NCBI GenBank assembly: GCA_016192035.1
Contig: JACPUW010000035.1
Location: 52,323-116,322, forward strand
Length of the DNA stretch: 64,000 nucleotides
Direction: 5' to 3'
Origin: Bacteroidota bacterium
Lineage (GTDB): Bacteria > Bacteroidota > Bacteroidia > CAILMK01 > JACPUW01
Numbering within the stretch: position 1 is the first letter of the stretch; each line of letters starts with the position of its first letter. Below are positions 30,295 to 41,157 of the stretch, one piece after another. The notes beneath the pieces are model-generated. The model saw only the letters and a program-made list of their open reading frames with translations. It had not been told where the DNA came from and made no database searches. The translations under genes and the position numbers were made by a program.

Positions 30295-31584
30295 TTATTT
30301 GGTTGCTGTGTTCGTGTGTTTCATGGTCAGTTTGGCCGGGGCTGGAAACTCCATGCCTGCCATGGCGGGCGTTTCGCTGCCAAGCAAGGACAGGTACTCC
30401 GTCTCTTCCACCACTATGATTTCCCGGCGCATGGCGTAGTGTGATACACCGCATATCTGGTTGCAGGCCAGCTCAAAGTTGAAGTCGGGTTTGTTGATCT
30501 TTTCGCGGTATTCTTCCGTGGTATAGAGTGGCTCCAGCGAAAATTGGGTAGGGGTGCCGGGCACGCAGTACATCTGCGCCCTAAAGTGGGGCAGTAGGGC
30601 GGCGTGCAGCACGTCGCGCGAACGCATGTGCAGTTTTACCATTTTACCTTTTGGCATGATGAGCTCATCTTTTATGATGTCATCCGCGCCTGCGGGGTCG
30701 TTGGCATCCAGGCCCACCGGATTTGGATTGCCATTGGGTAGTGTCTGGTCGGTGAACCGGTAGTCGGTGCGGCCAAATTTCCCATCAGGGCCAGGGTATC
30801 TGAATTTCCACCCAAATTGATAGGCATATAGCTCTATTTCATGTGAATCTGCACGCTCGGCATTGGTCATGGTCACATTAACCCATATCTTGAAACCATA
30901 CATAATCATGATGGTCAATCCGGCAGCGGGTATGGTGGTCCACACCACTTCCAGCACATTGTTTTTGGGGTGATAGGCTGCCCTGCGCCCTGGGCTGTAC
31001 TGATAGCGATAGGAGAAGTAAAACAGTAAAAACTGGGTAACAATAAATACAAATCCGGTGATTGCCGTGGTTGTCCACATGATAAAGTCTATTTCTATGC
31101 CGTGGGCAGAGGCCGACTCGGGTAGGATAAACTTCTTGTGAATGGCTATTTCATAGGCTATGGCACCAAAGAAAACAAACACAAAGCCAAATAATAGGTT
31201 GGCGTTAAGCTTGTTGTAGTCTTCTTTCTCCGCTTTGCCCTGCAAAAGGCGCAGTGTGGAGAGGATTTGTCCGGTAATCACCAAAAGCACAATGAGTAGC
31301 AGGACCACTAGGCCTAAAAGAAGGTTATACGTGGATTTGCCATCGTTGTTTTTGGCTATTTCAGACGGGGTGAGCTGCTGGTCAAGTGAATACTGAACCA
31401 TGCGCTTGTTTTCCAAGCCCACAATTTGGTGGGCTGAAGCCCAGGCGGGGTCTTGACCCGTTTCCACTGCGGTTGGCCTCTCTTGGTGCTGGAGGGCATG
31501 TTCGGCCTTTAGGGTGCCTGAAACCAGCATCATGGCCACTGCACAGAGGGTAAACCATGCATGCAATACTCCTTTATTTCTCAT
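30295..31584 (-). CDS. ctaC: Cytochrome c oxidase subunit II
   Basis: LEVVWTTIP, QFGW, SRDVLH, CuA motif CNQICGVSHYAM. Confidence 0.95.
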   Translation of the reverse strand: MRNKGVLHAWFTLCAVAMMLVSGTLKAEHALQHQERPTAVETGQDPAWASAHQIVGLENKRMVQYSLDQQLTPSEIAKNNDGKSTYNLLLGLVVLLLIVLLVITGQILSTLRLLQGKAEKEDYNKLNANLLFGFVFVFFGAIAYEIAIHKKFILPESASAHGIEIDFIMWTTTAITGFVFIVTQFLLFYFSYRYQYSPGRRAAYHPKNNVLEVVWTTIPAAGLTIMIMYGFKIWVNVTMTNAERADSHEIELYAYQFGWKFRYPGPDGKFGRTDYRFTDQTLPNGNPNPVGLDANDPAGADDIIKDELIMPKGKMVKLHMRSRDVLHAALLPHFRAQMYCVPGTPTQFSLEPLYTTEEYREKINKPDFNFELACNQICGVSHYAMRREIIVVEETEYLSLLGSETPAMAGMEFPAPAKLTMKHTNTATK

Positions 31585-31682
31585 GTATTCAAAGGGTTTT
31601 AATACCTATTGCAAATAAATACTTGTAAAAAAATCCAAAAACCTGGTTGCGAAAATAAAGTGCGGGTGATAAATGCGTGTTG

Positions 31683-32294
31683 CTACAAGTTTTTGAATTG
31701 TTCCATCCGTATTTCCTCCTTGGCATGTAGGTATTCCGCCGGGTCGTTAGAAGCTATTACCACTGCGCTGTCGGGCGACACTTTCGATACGTGATGGTTA
31801 AACCATGCATAGCCGGCTTGGTCCAGGTGTGCACAGGGTTCGTCAAAGAGGTGGGCCTTAAGTTGAAAGAATAAGTTAAGCGAAAGTTTGACACGCTGTT
31901 TCATGCCTGATGAATACTCTTTCACCGCTATATGTGCTACCCTATCCAGCCCGCAGGCCCCTGGTATAAGGTGCAGGGCCATGCCGGGTTTTTTGAAATG
32001 GGCGTGAAAACGCAACAATTCGCTGAATGTAAACTCCTCAGGTATGTCAATATAGGGAGCGGTAAAGCCTACATACCTATAGAAGTGGTCCCTGGAAACC
32101 CTGCCTTGAAGGTAACTAACCTGTCCTTCATCACAGTCCATTTGTCCAGAGAGTACCCGCAGCAAGGTGGACTTGCCGCTGCCGTTGTTGCCCAGCACGG
32201 CGGTGAAGGTATTGGGCTGAAATACATGGCTTAGCTTGGTAAATACGGTATTGCGGCCAAACTTTTTGCCCGTATGTTCAGCGGTTATTATCAT
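31683..32294 (-). CDS. ABC ATP-binding protein (CcmA-like, stand-alone)
   Basis: GNNGSGKST, YSSGMKQRV, FDEP. Confidence 0.85.
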   Translation of the reverse strand: MIITAEHTGKKFGRNTVFTKLSHVFQPNTFTAVLGNNGSGKSTLLRVLSGQMDCDEGQVSYLQGRVSRDHFYRYVGFTAPYIDIPEEFTFSELLRFHAHFKKPGMALHLIPGACGLDRVAHIAVKEYSSGMKQRVKLSLNLFFQLKAHLFDEPCAHLDQAGYAWFNHHVSKVSPDSAVVIASNDPAEYLHAKEEIRMEQFKNL

Positions 32295-33075
32295 GTCTGG
32301 ATTTAAAACCCCGCATCAAGCCCCTGGTCGATTTGCCCACAAACTGGAGTATCTCATCTTTTTCGGCCGAGGCGGGCAATTCACACTCAATAAAATCAAG
32401 GGCCTGGCTGGTGTTATACGGTTTTACAAAAAGTACCCGGTATATGTCTTGTATGCGGTTGATTTGCTCATTGGTAAAATTCCGTCGCCTTAGGCCTATG
32501 CTATTGGTGCCCACATACGATAGGGGAAATCTGGCTGCCTTGACATAAGGAGGCACGTCTTTGTTTACCAATGAACCACCCGCCAAAAAGGCATGGCTGC
32601 CCACCTTGACAAACTGGTGTATGGCGGTCATGCCCCCAAGTATGGCATAATCGCCTATTTCTATGTGTCCGGCCAGGGTGGCGTTGTTGGCCAATATACA
32701 GTGGTCGCCTATGATGCAGTCATGGGCCACGTGTACGTAAGCCATTAACAGGCAGTTGCTTCCCACCACTGTCTTATGGCTGTAGCGGGTGCCACGGTTC
32801 ACCGTAACGTATTCTCTAATAATGGTGTTGTCGCCAATTTCCACTATGGAGTTTTCATCGCTGAATTTAAGGTCTTGAGGCACGGCGGCGATCACCGCAC
32901 CGGGATAGATCTTGCAGTTTTTACCTATACGGGCACCACCCATGATGGTGACATGCGGGCCTATCCAAGTACCTTCTTCTATCTCCACGTCCTTGTCAAT
33001 GGTAACAAAAGGCTCAATGACCACGTTTTGGGCAATCTTGGCCTGTGGATGTACGTAGGCTAATGGTTGGTGCAT
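32278..33075 (-). CDS. lpxA: UDP-N-acetylglucosamine O-acyltransferase
   Basis: Hexapeptide repeats; PQDLKF, HVAHDC, HQF. Confidence 0.97.
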   Translation of the reverse strand: MHQPLAYVHPQAKIAQNVVIEPFVTIDKDVEIEEGTWIGPHVTIMGGARIGKNCKIYPGAVIAAVPQDLKFSDENSIVEIGDNTIIREYVTVNRGTRYSHKTVVGSNCLLMAYVHVAHDCIIGDHCILANNATLAGHIEIGDYAILGGMTAIHQFVKVGSHAFLAGGSLVNKDVPPYVKAARFPLSYVGTNSIGLRRRNFTNEQINRIQDIYRVLFVKPYNTSQALDFIECELPASAEKDEILQFVGKSTRGLMRGFKSRHDNNR

Positions 33076-33078
33076 GGG

Positions 33079-34476
33079 TTATGATCTTTTTATAACGGCT
33101 GCCACCAAATCGGCTTCGCTTACCAAACGGTTGCCCACAAACACCTGGCAGTGCATGGAGCAGATGCCGCGCCGCACCGGCTGGGTCAGTTCCGCCTTGA
33201 TGATTAATGTATCACCGGGCACCACCTTGTCCTTGAACTTGCAATTGTCAATTTTCATAAAGTAGGTGTCATAGTTCTGTGGGTCGTCCACATTGCTTAG
33301 GATAAGTACGCCCCCGGTCTGTGCCATGGTTTCTAGCTGCATTACCCCGGGCAGCACGGGATTGCCAGGAAAATGCCCTCTGAAAAATGGTTGGTCAATA
33401 GTGACATTCTTGATGCCTACAATATGATTTTCACTAAGTTCAACCACCTTGTCCACCAGTATAAAGGGATCGGTATGCGGCAGTAGCCGGGCTATGTCCT
33501 GGTGGGTAAAAACCGGGGTCTTGTTGGGGTCGTACTTGGGTACCGGTGGGTTTTTCTTCTGTGCTAGCCACACTTGTTTGAGCTTCTTGGCAAATTCTAT
33601 ATTGCTTAGGTGTCCTGGCCGGGCGGCCATTACGTGCCCTTTGATAGGGGCGCCCAGCAAGGCCAAATCACCCACTAAGTCCAAGAGTTTGTGCCTGGCC
33701 GGTTCATTGGGGTAGCGCAGTTCCACATTGTTGAGAATGCCTTCTGATTTTACCGCTACTGTTTTGCGGTTCAATAGTTTGGCTAATTCATTGAGCGCGT
33801 CTTCGCTCATGGTTTTGTCCACTATCACTATGGCGTTTTCCAGGGAACCTCCTTTTATCAGATTGGCCTTGGAGAGTGCTTCCAATTCATGCAAAAAACA
33901 AAATGTCCGGCTGGCAGCAATTTCGTTTTCAAAAAGGGCTAACTTGTTGAGAGAGGCATGTTGGCTGCCAAGCACGGGCGAATTGTAATCTACCATCACC
34001 GTGTACCTGGTGCCTTCTGCAAAGGGCATGGCCACCATATCCACCTTGCGATCAAGGTGGTGGTAGGTTTGGTTTTCTTCTATCACTAGATATTGACGGT
34101 CAGCAGCTTGTTCCAATATACCGGCCTCCTTGATGGCATACACAAACGGCATGGCGCTGCCATCCATGATAGGAATTTCAGGGGAGTCTATGTCTATCAA
34201 CACATTGTCAACCTCCAAACCAGCAAGTGCGGCAAGTAGATGCTCCACGGTGCCTACGCGTACCCCGTTTTTTTCCAGGGTGGTACCCCGTTCCACTTCC
34301 ACCACCAAGTCCACATCGGCAGGTATTATCGGTTGTCCTTCCAGATCGGTCCTCCTGAATTTATAGCCATGGCCTACATCGGTGGGATGGAGTACCACAG
34401 TGGCTGTTCTGCCCGTATGTAGCCCAGTGCCCGTGAGGCTTACCGCCTTTTTCAATGTTGTTTGCCTACTGCTCAT
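33079..34476 (-). CDS. lpxC: Bifunctional LpxC deacetylase / FabZ dehydratase
   Basis: GTGLHTG, TVEH, RHKLLDLVGD; then LPH..PFILVD and FFRGHFPGNPVLPGV. Confidence 0.97.
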   Translation of the reverse strand: MSSRQTTLKKAVSLTGTGLHTGRTATVVLHPTDVGHGYKFRRTDLEGQPIIPADVDLVVEVERGTTLEKNGVRVGTVEHLLAALAGLEVDNVLIDIDSPEIPIMDGSAMPFVYAIKEAGILEQAADRQYLVIEENQTYHHLDRKVDMVAMPFAEGTRYTVMVDYNSPVLGSQHASLNKLALFENEIAASRTFCFLHELEALSKANLIKGGSLENAIVIVDKTMSEDALNELAKLLNRKTVAVKSEGILNNVELRYPNEPARHKLLDLVGDLALLGAPIKGHVMAARPGHLSNIEFAKKLKQVWLAQKKNPPVPKYDPNKTPVFTHQDIARLLPHTDPFILVDKVVELSENHIVGIKNVTIDQPFFRGHFPGNPVLPGVMQLETMAQTGGVLILSNVDDPQNYDTYFMKIDNCKFKDKVVPGDTLIIKAELTQPVRRGICSMHCQVFVGNRLVSEADLVAAVIKRS

Positions 34477-34497
34477 AGAAAAATGTAAGGGTTTGAT

Positions 34498-35526
34498 TTA
34501 TTGGTTGCCGTGTTTAATTGATAAGGTATGTATTTGTTCAAACAATAGAGGCAGCTGTTTGATAAGTGCCTGAATTTTAAGGTTTTTTTTGTGTTCCATA
34601 AGCGGCACGCCGCTCCAGTCCTTGCCGGGCTGGGCCAGGCTCTTGCCCACCCCCGCCCGCGCACCTATACGGGTATTGTTGGCTATGCTGATGTGGCCAA
34701 CCAATCCGGCCTGTCCGCCTATCACGCACTGTTCGCCCACCTTTGTGCTGCCTGAAATGCCCGCTTGGGCCACTATGGCCGTGTTGCGCCCTATCTCCAC
34801 ATTGTGGGCTATCATCACCAGATTGTCAATCTTTGCCCCATCACCTATTTTGGTGCTTGCCAGGGCCGCCCGGTCTATGGTGCTATTGGCACCTATCTCC
34901 ACGTGGTCGCCTATCACCACATTGCCCAGTTGGGGTATCTTGTCATATCCCCCCTGGCTGTTGGGGGCAAACCCAAAACCATCGGCACCGATCACGGCGC
35001 CCGAGTGCACCACGCAGTGGCTGCCAAGCTGGACCCCAGGATAGCACCTGGCACCGGGATACAATATGGTATGGCTGCCTATCCGGGTGTGTTCGCCCAC
35101 ATAGCAATGAGGGTACACCTTAACCCCATTGGCCAACACGGCCCCATCGCCCACATACGCAAATGCACCTATATAAACATCCTCACCTACCTGGGCACTG
35201 GCCGATACGTATGTCATGGGCTCTATACCTACCTTGTGCGGTTTGCTTAGGCGTTCCATGTGCTGCATGAGCTGGGCAAGCGATTGATATACATCATGGA
35301 GCCTAATGATAGTGGCCTTGGTATGGCATGAGTCAACCCCATGTGCCAACAGCACCACCGAAGCGGCGGTGGTGGCCAGGTACTTCTCATATTTGGGATT
35401 GGATACAAAGCTCAGGTCGCCAGGCCCTGCCGACTCTATGGGAGCCAGCTTGGTCACTTTCACCTCGGGGTCGCCCTCCAATATTCCCGCCAATAGCGCA
35501 CACAGGGCTTCCGCCGATATCTCCAT
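34498..35526 (-). CDS. lpxD: UDP-3-O-acylglucosamine N-acyltransferase
   Basis: LSFVSNPKY, GADGFGF, KIDNLVMIAHNV. Confidence 0.97.
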   Translation of the reverse strand: MEISAEALCALLAGILEGDPEVKVTKLAPIESAGPGDLSFVSNPKYEKYLATTAASVVLLAHGVDSCHTKATIIRLHDVYQSLAQLMQHMERLSKPHKVGIEPMTYVSASAQVGEDVYIGAFAYVGDGAVLANGVKVYPHCYVGEHTRIGSHTILYPGARCYPGVQLGSHCVVHSGAVIGADGFGFAPNSQGGYDKIPQLGNVVIGDHVEIGANSTIDRAALASTKIGDGAKIDNLVMIAHNVEIGRNTAIVAQAGISGSTKVGEQCVIGGQAGLVGHISIANNTRIGARAGVGKSLAQPGKDWSGVPLMEHKKNLKIQALIKQLPLLFEQIHTLSIKHGNQ

Positions 35527-35528
35527 GA

Positions 35529-36758
35529 TTAATGGATACTTAAATTTTTGGGGTGGCAAATGTAATGTTTCTGCACCGCCTTAGTAAGTATGTTAAGGTC
35601 ATATTGTTGACTTACATCGGCAAAGTCCAGCAATTGCCCGTCTTTCATCAAGATTTTTATGCCCTCTTTTTCGCGGTGGTAGGTGGTATTGCCTACCTCA
35701 CCGCTAAGCACCAAGTGGGGCCATAGTTCTGCGGGCCATTGGTTGCCAAGGGCCACAGCCTGCCGCACCTTATCCAATAATGCGTGGTCCATAGGGCCGT
35801 TGCGCAGGTGTACCTTTAGCAATTTTCTGTTTACCAGCATGTCACAGAGCGTGGATAATACCGGGTCAGGATGGCCCATCCAAATTTTGCAGGCCATAAG
35901 TATGTCATGGTCATCCATTAGGGCAAACCGGTTTAGCACCTCCGGGTTTTCCAATTCTTCCATTTGAATACCCCTTAGAAATTGGTGTAGCACCGGGGTG
36001 GTGTCCAATCCTTCCCCATTGTTAGCCAAATACATGGCGCGTTGCACGATGTACACCAGTAGTTTCTCTGCCCCCAGCACCGTTTTGTGAAGATATACCT
36101 GCCAGTACATTAAGTTTCTGGCCAGCAAGAACTTTTCTATGGAGTAAATGCCCTTTTCATCAATCACCAATTCGCCGTTGGCCACATTCATCATTTTAAT
36201 AATGCGGTCTGACCCCACCACGCCCTCTGACACGCCGGTATAAAAACTGTCGCGGCGCAAGTAATCCAGCCTGTCCACGTCCAATTGACCAGAGACCAAT
36301 TGGCAGAGGTACTTTTTGTGGTAGAGGCCGCAAAAAATTTCAATGGCCATCTCCAGGCCGCCCCCTAGTTCCCGGTTTAAGTGACGCATAAAGTGGAGTG
36401 AAATTTCTTCGTGCGGGCCACCGGTGACCAATACCCCTTCGAGGGCATGGGAAAAGGGCCCGTGGCCCATGTCGTGCATCAACACGGCAAGAAGCGCCGC
36501 CTCTGATTCGTCATCGCTTATTACTACCCCTTTTAAGCGCAGGCTATCAATGGCTTCGGTCATGAGGTGTACCGCGCCTATGGTGTGGTGAAACCGCGAA
36601 TGGTGCGCCCCGGGATATACCAAATCCGTAAGTCCCAGCTGCTTTATCCTGCGCAGGCGCTGAAAATACCGGTGTTCTATGATGCGGAATACCCGGTGGA
36701 CCGGAATGCGGACAAAGCCATAGACAGGGTCATTGAAAATCTTAATTTTGCCCAGCAT
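35529..36758 (-). CDS. HD-domain phosphohydrolase (dNTPase-like)
   Basis: QRLRRIKQLG, HSRFHH, HDMGHGPFSH, DVDRLDY, VYLHK. Confidence 0.92.
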   Translation of the reverse strand: MLGKIKIFNDPVYGFVRIPVHRVFRIIEHRYFQRLRRIKQLGLTDLVYPGAHHSRFHHTIGAVHLMTEAIDSLRLKGVVISDDESEAALLAVLMHDMGHGPFSHALEGVLVTGGPHEEISLHFMRHLNRELGGGLEMAIEIFCGLYHKKYLCQLVSGQLDVDRLDYLRRDSFYTGVSEGVVGSDRIIKMMNVANGELVIDEKGIYSIEKFLLARNLMYWQVYLHKTVLGAEKLLVYIVQRAMYLANNGEGLDTTPVLHQFLRGIQMEELENPEVLNRFALMDDHDILMACKIWMGHPDPVLSTLCDMLVNRKLLKVHLRNGPMDHALLDKVRQAVALGNQWPAELWPHLVLSGEVGNTTYHREKEGIKILMKDGQLLDFADVSQQYDLNILTKAVQKHYICHPKNLSIH

Positions 36759-36841
36759 GTACTATTTATGGCGGTTGGGGGTTAGAGCGTCCCAATCCTT
36801 GGGCAAAGAAACACCAACCACCAACGCTTGAACCCTATTTT

Positions 36842-38398
36842 ATGCGAAAAATAAAGCTGCTCTGGGCCGATGATGAAATCGACCTCCTCAAACCCCATGT
36901 GATGCTCCTGGAACAAAAGGGCTATCATGTGGATACCGCCCTTAGCGGGGCAGATGCCATTGATTTGGTGGCCAAAACACACTATGACGTGGTTTTTCTG
37001 GATGAAAACATGCCTGGGCTCACCGGTCTGGAAACCCTGGTGGAAATAAAACGGGGAAAACCCAACCTGCCCGTGGTGATGATTACCAAGAGTGAAGAAG
37101 AGTACTTAATGGATGACGCCATTGGTTCACAAATAAGCGATTACCTTATTAAGCCGGTCAATCCCAAACAGATACTTCTGTCACTTAAGAAAATTATGGA
37201 CAGTGGCCGGCTGGTGAGCGAAAAGGTGACCAGCAACTACCGGAAGGATTTCATGGAGCTGAGCATGAAGGTAAACGAATCTATGGATGCCGAAGCATGG
37301 AAAGTACTGTATAAAGAATTGGTGTACTGGGAGCTGGAACTGAGCAAGGTAGGAGAGGAAGGGATGCACGAAATCTTCCTTGGCCAAAAAGTAGAGGCCA
37401 ACAGCAATTTTGCCCGGTTTGTGGGGAGCCAATACCCAAAGTGGGTGCAGGACCCCGATAAGGCTCCTGTCATGTCGTTCAACCTTATGGCCAAAAAAGT
37501 GGCACCCCTGCTTAAACAAGACATTACTACCGTGCTGTTGGTGATAGACAACCTGCGCCTGGACCAATGGAAGTTTTTGGAGCCCCTACTGCTTGATTAC
37601 TATACCGTGCAGGCCGAAGACCTGTACTATTCCATATTGCCCACGGCCACCCAATACGCGCGCAATGCCCTGTTTGCCGGGCTAATGCCCCTCGATATAC
37701 AAAGCCGTTTTGGCCGAAAATGGCTCAGTGACGATGAAGAAGGGGGAAAGAACCAATATGAGGAAGACTTCCTGGCCGACCTGCTCCAGCGCCTGCGCCT
37801 GGACAAGCGCATGGCCTACCGCAAGGTGCTGCGCCTAGATGCCGGGAGGGAACTGGTGGACAACGCCAAGAACTTGGTGAAAAACAATGATTTCGTGGTA
37901 GTGGTCTATAACTTTATCGACATGCTCTCACATGCCCGCACCGATATGGAGGTAATCAAAGAACTGGCCGAAGACGAAGCCGCCTATCGCTCGCTCACAC
38001 GTTCTTGGTTTGAGCATTCGCCCCTTAGGGAATTTCTGCAAATGATTGCTTCCCTGCCCATTAATTTGCTCATTACCACCGACCACGGTTCTATAAGGGT
38101 AAAGAAACCCGTGCAGGTGATAGGCGATAAGAACACCAGTACCAACCTGAGGTACAAGCATGGGCGAAACCTGAGCTATGATGCAAGGGAAGTGATAGAA
38201 TTCAAGCAGCCCGACAAGGTGAAGCTCCCCAAGAGCAATATCAGCAGTTCATACATAGTGTGCCGGCCCGACGATTTTTTTGTGTATCCCAACAACCAGA
38301 ACTATTTTGTGAATTTCTATAAAAACACTTTCCAACACGGCGGTGTAAGCCTGGAGGAAATGCTCATTCCTTTTATACAATTAAAACCCAAGGCATGA
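36842..38398 (+). CDS. porX: Response regulator with PglZ domain (T9SS regulator PorX)
   Basis: Receiver LWADDEIDLLKPH..LDENMPG; PglZ motifs ILPTATQYARN, TTDHG, FQHGGVSLEEM. Confidence 0.93.
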   Translation: MRKIKLLWADDEIDLLKPHVMLLEQKGYHVDTALSGADAIDLVAKTHYDVVFLDENMPGLTGLETLVEIKRGKPNLPVVMITKSEEEYLMDDAIGSQISDYLIKPVNPKQILLSLKKIMDSGRLVSEKVTSNYRKDFMELSMKVNESMDAEAWKVLYKELVYWELELSKVGEEGMHEIFLGQKVEANSNFARFVGSQYPKWVQDPDKAPVMSFNLMAKKVAPLLKQDITTVLLVIDNLRLDQWKFLEPLLLDYYTVQAEDLYYSILPTATQYARNALFAGLMPLDIQSRFGRKWLSDDEEGGKNQYEEDFLADLLQRLRLDKRMAYRKVLRLDAGRELVDNAKNLVKNNDFVVVVYNFIDMLSHARTDMEVIKELAEDEAAYRSLTRSWFEHSPLREFLQMIASLPINLLITTDHGSIRVKKPVQVIGDKNTSTNLRYKHGRNLSYDAREVIEFKQPDKVKLPKSNISSSYIVCRPDDFFVYPNNQNYFVNFYKNTFQHGGVSLEEMLIPFIQLKPKA

Positions 38399-38829
38399 AC
38401 GGGTATTTGGAAATGACCTATCAATTGCCTCAGATACAAGAAGCTGCGCAGTGGCTCCTGCCCCATTTGGGCCGCCATCCCCATGTGGCTTTTTCAGGAG
38501 AAGTAGGTGCGGGAAAAACCACCCTAATAAAAGCCCTGGCGGCTGCCATGGGCTATGAGGGCCTGGTAGATAGCCCCACTTTTGCCCTGGTTAGCGACTA
38601 CGACCTGCCCCGCGCCACCATACACCATATAGACCTGTACCGCGTGAAAAGCTATGCCGAACTGCTGGACCTGGGCTGGGAGGAATACCTGGAAACCGGC
38701 AACCATGTATGGGTGGAATGGCCAGAAACCGTGCCAGAAGCATTTCACGAAGGATTTGTGCGGGTAGGACTGCACCTGAACCATGACACAGAAGGCCGGC
38801 GGCTAACCGTGGCACTACCCAGCATTTGA
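38395..38829 (+). CDS. tsaE: tRNA t6A biosynthesis ATPase
   Basis: GEVGAGKTT, SPTF, HIDLYR, VEWP. Confidence 0.95.
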   Translation: MNGYLEMTYQLPQIQEAAQWLLPHLGRHPHVAFSGEVGAGKTTLIKALAAAMGYEGLVDSPTFALVSDYDLPRATIHHIDLYRVKSYAELLDLGWEEYLETGNHVWVEWPETVPEAFHEGFVRVGLHLNHDTEGRRLTVALPSI

Positions 38830-38895
38830 CCTCGGGTTTGCCCTGGCTGTGGTGGTCTTGAGATTATATTTGGCATCAGAACAAAAAGGCAGTAC

Positions 38896-40119
38896 GTGTC
38901 GGGACAAAGATCCGGATTTTCCGAATTGGCCAAGAAGGCCATACTCCAACCTCAGGAGCAAATGGTGGAAGTGCGCAAACGTGCTGGGGGACTGCGGATT
39001 GGGGTTCCCAAGGAAATCGCGGTGCAAGAGAACCGCATAGCTCTCACCCCTCAGGCCGTACACCTGTTGGTGGCCCATGGCCATGAGGTTTGGGTAGAAA
39101 CCGGTGCTGGCCTTAATTCTAAGTTTACCGACCATGACTTTAGCGAAGCCGGTGCCCTGGTAGTGGAAGATGCCCAACGCGTATATTCCTGTCCCTATGT
39201 AGTTAAGGTGGCGTTTCCCACTACGCCCGAACTTGACATACTCCAGCAAGGACAAACCCTCATCTCCACCCTGCACGCTCCACTGGCCGATAAATCTGCC
39301 ATTGACCAACTGATGCGAAAGAAAATCACGGCCATTGGCATGGAAATGCTTAAGGATGAGACCGGAGGATATCCAGTGGTACAGTCCATGAGTGAAATAG
39401 CCGGGGGTGCCAGTATCCTTATAGCCTCTGAATACCTTTCAAACATTAAGCACGGCAAGGGTGTGATGCTCGGTGGCATTTCGGGCATACCCCCAAGTGA
39501 GATCGTGGTAATTGGGGCAGGTACGGTGGGGCAGTATGCCGCACGGGCTGCATTGGGTTTGGGTGCCACGGTCAAGGTGTTTGACAACTCGGTAACGCGA
39601 CTAAAACGCCTGCTCAATGGGCTCCACGCGCCCATATTCACTAGCATAGCCCACCCCAAGGTGTTGATAAACGCCTTGCGTACTGCCGACGTGGTGATAG
39701 GGGCAGTACGGGCCGTGAAAGGACGTGCCCCTGTGCTGGTGACCGAAGAAATGGTGATGGGCATGAAACCCGGTTCGGTGATAGTGGATGTGAGCATAGA
39801 CCACGGCGGCTGTGTGGAAACATCGGAAGTGACCAATCATCAATCGCCTGTTTTTGAGAAACATGGGGTGATACATTACTGTGTAACCAATATCCCTTCG
39901 CGGGTAGGGCGCACCGCCAGTTACGCCCTTTCAAATGTGTACGCCAGTTTCTTGCTGGATATAGGCCGGGCCGGGGGCGTTAAAAACCACATTTGGGAGC
40001 GGGAGTATGTTAGGGAGAGCGTGTACCTCTTTCAGGGTATGCTCACCAACGACTTCCTGGGGGAGAAATTTGGCATTCCGGTGAAAGACATCAACCTCTT
40101 GATTGCCTCCCTGCTTTAA
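38896..40119 (+). CDS. ald: Alanine dehydrogenase
   Basis: IGVPKE, ENRIALTP, MSEIAG, GAGTVG, DVSIDHGGCVET; TATATTTG at 38865-38872 upstream. Confidence 0.9.
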   Translation: MSGQRSGFSELAKKAILQPQEQMVEVRKRAGGLRIGVPKEIAVQENRIALTPQAVHLLVAHGHEVWVETGAGLNSKFTDHDFSEAGALVVEDAQRVYSCPYVVKVAFPTTPELDILQQGQTLISTLHAPLADKSAIDQLMRKKITAIGMEMLKDETGGYPVVQSMSEIAGGASILIASEYLSNIKHGKGVMLGGISGIPPSEIVVIGAGTVGQYAARAALGLGATVKVFDNSVTRLKRLLNGLHAPIFTSIAHPKVLINALRTADVVIGAVRAVKGRAPVLVTEEMVMGMKPGSVIVDVSIDHGGCVETSEVTNHQSPVFEKHGVIHYCVTNIPSRVGRTASYALSNVYASFLLDIGRAGGVKNHIWEREYVRESVYLFQGMLTNDFLGEKFGIPVKDINLLIASLL

Positions 40120-40167
40120 TAGAAAGGCCATAATGCTCCATAGTTTATCAGATTTTTCCTAGGTGCT

Positions 40168-41157
40168 ATGATGGTAGGCACGGCGCCCTCACGCATCCTC
40201 CTTGTCAGGTTTAGTTCTATAGGCGATATACTGCTCACCACGCCGGTGGTCAGGTGTTTGGCCCGTGAGTATCCTGGCGCCCAAATCCATGTGCTCACCA
40301 AGGCCGCCTATGCCGAATTGTGGCAAAACAATCCATATGTGCATCATATTCATACGTTTAGCGGCAATTGGTCAGCCCTTTTTGCTGAGCTCAATCCTTA
40401 TGTTTTTGATTGGTACCTTGACCTACACCGCAACCTAAGGACCCTATGGCTCAAGGCTAGGCTGCGCCATAGGGTATATTTCACCTACCCCAAGTACAAT
40501 CTGCGGAAGTGGTTGCTAGTCAATTCTAAGTGGAATACCATGGGGGAGTATTCCGTTCCATTGGCCTATTTTGCCCAGCTACCCATACCATATGACGGCG
40601 CGGGGCCCGATGCCCACTTTGCCCACTGGCGCGGCCAGGTGCCAGGGCCCAATGGGAACTATACCGTGCTGGTACTGGGGGCCAAATTCCGCACAAAACA
40701 AGCCCCTGCACCGCGCTTGCTCCAAGTGATACATGGCCTGCAAGGTGCCGTAGTGTTGCTGGGTGGCAGGGAAGAGGTGCCACTGGCCGCCTGGCTTATG
40801 GAACATTCGGATAATAAACCCTTGGATTACACGGGTAAACTGGGCCTTGGTGAGTCGGCATGGCTTATACGTGGTGCCAGCGCCGTGGTAGCCCACGACA
40901 CGGGGTACATGCACGTGGCAGCCGCCTTTGACAAACCCATGGCGGTGCTTTGGGGAAACACGGTTCCGAGTTTTGGATTTAAGCCTTTGTACCCCAATGA
41001 TTCAGTAGCCCCGGTACTGCATTTGTCGGTACAAGGCTTGAGCTGTAGGCCCTGCTCCAAACTAGGCCATGACACCTGCCCGAGAAGGCATTTTCACTGT
41101 ATGGAAAGACATGATTATGATGCCCTTTGCGCCTGGGTCAATCTATTGTTGCCTTGA
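40168..41157 (+). CDS. Glycosyltransferase family 9 (heptosyltransferase-like)
   Basis: RFSSIGDILLTTP, HDTGYMHVAAA, CRPCSKLG. Confidence 0.9.
   Translation: MMVGTAPSRILLVRFSSIGDILLTTPVVRCLAREYPGAQIHVLTKAAYAELWQNNPYVHHIHTFSGNWSALFAELNPYVFDWYLDLHRNLRTLWLKARLRHRVYFTYPKYNLRKWLLVNSKWNTMGEYSVPLAYFAQLPIPYDGAGPDAHFAHWRGQVPGPNGNYTVLVLGAKFRTKQAPAPRLLQVIHGLQGAVVLLGGREEVPLAAWLMEHSDNKPLDYTGKLGLGESAWLIRGASAVVAHDTGYMHVAAAFDKPMAVLWGNTVPSFGFKPLYPNDSVAPVLHLSVQGLSCRPCSKLGHDTCPRRHFHCMERHDYDALCAWVNLLLP

Noticed and set aside
33079..34476. lpxC-fabZ fusion as unusual
   Set aside because: Standard in Bacteroidota
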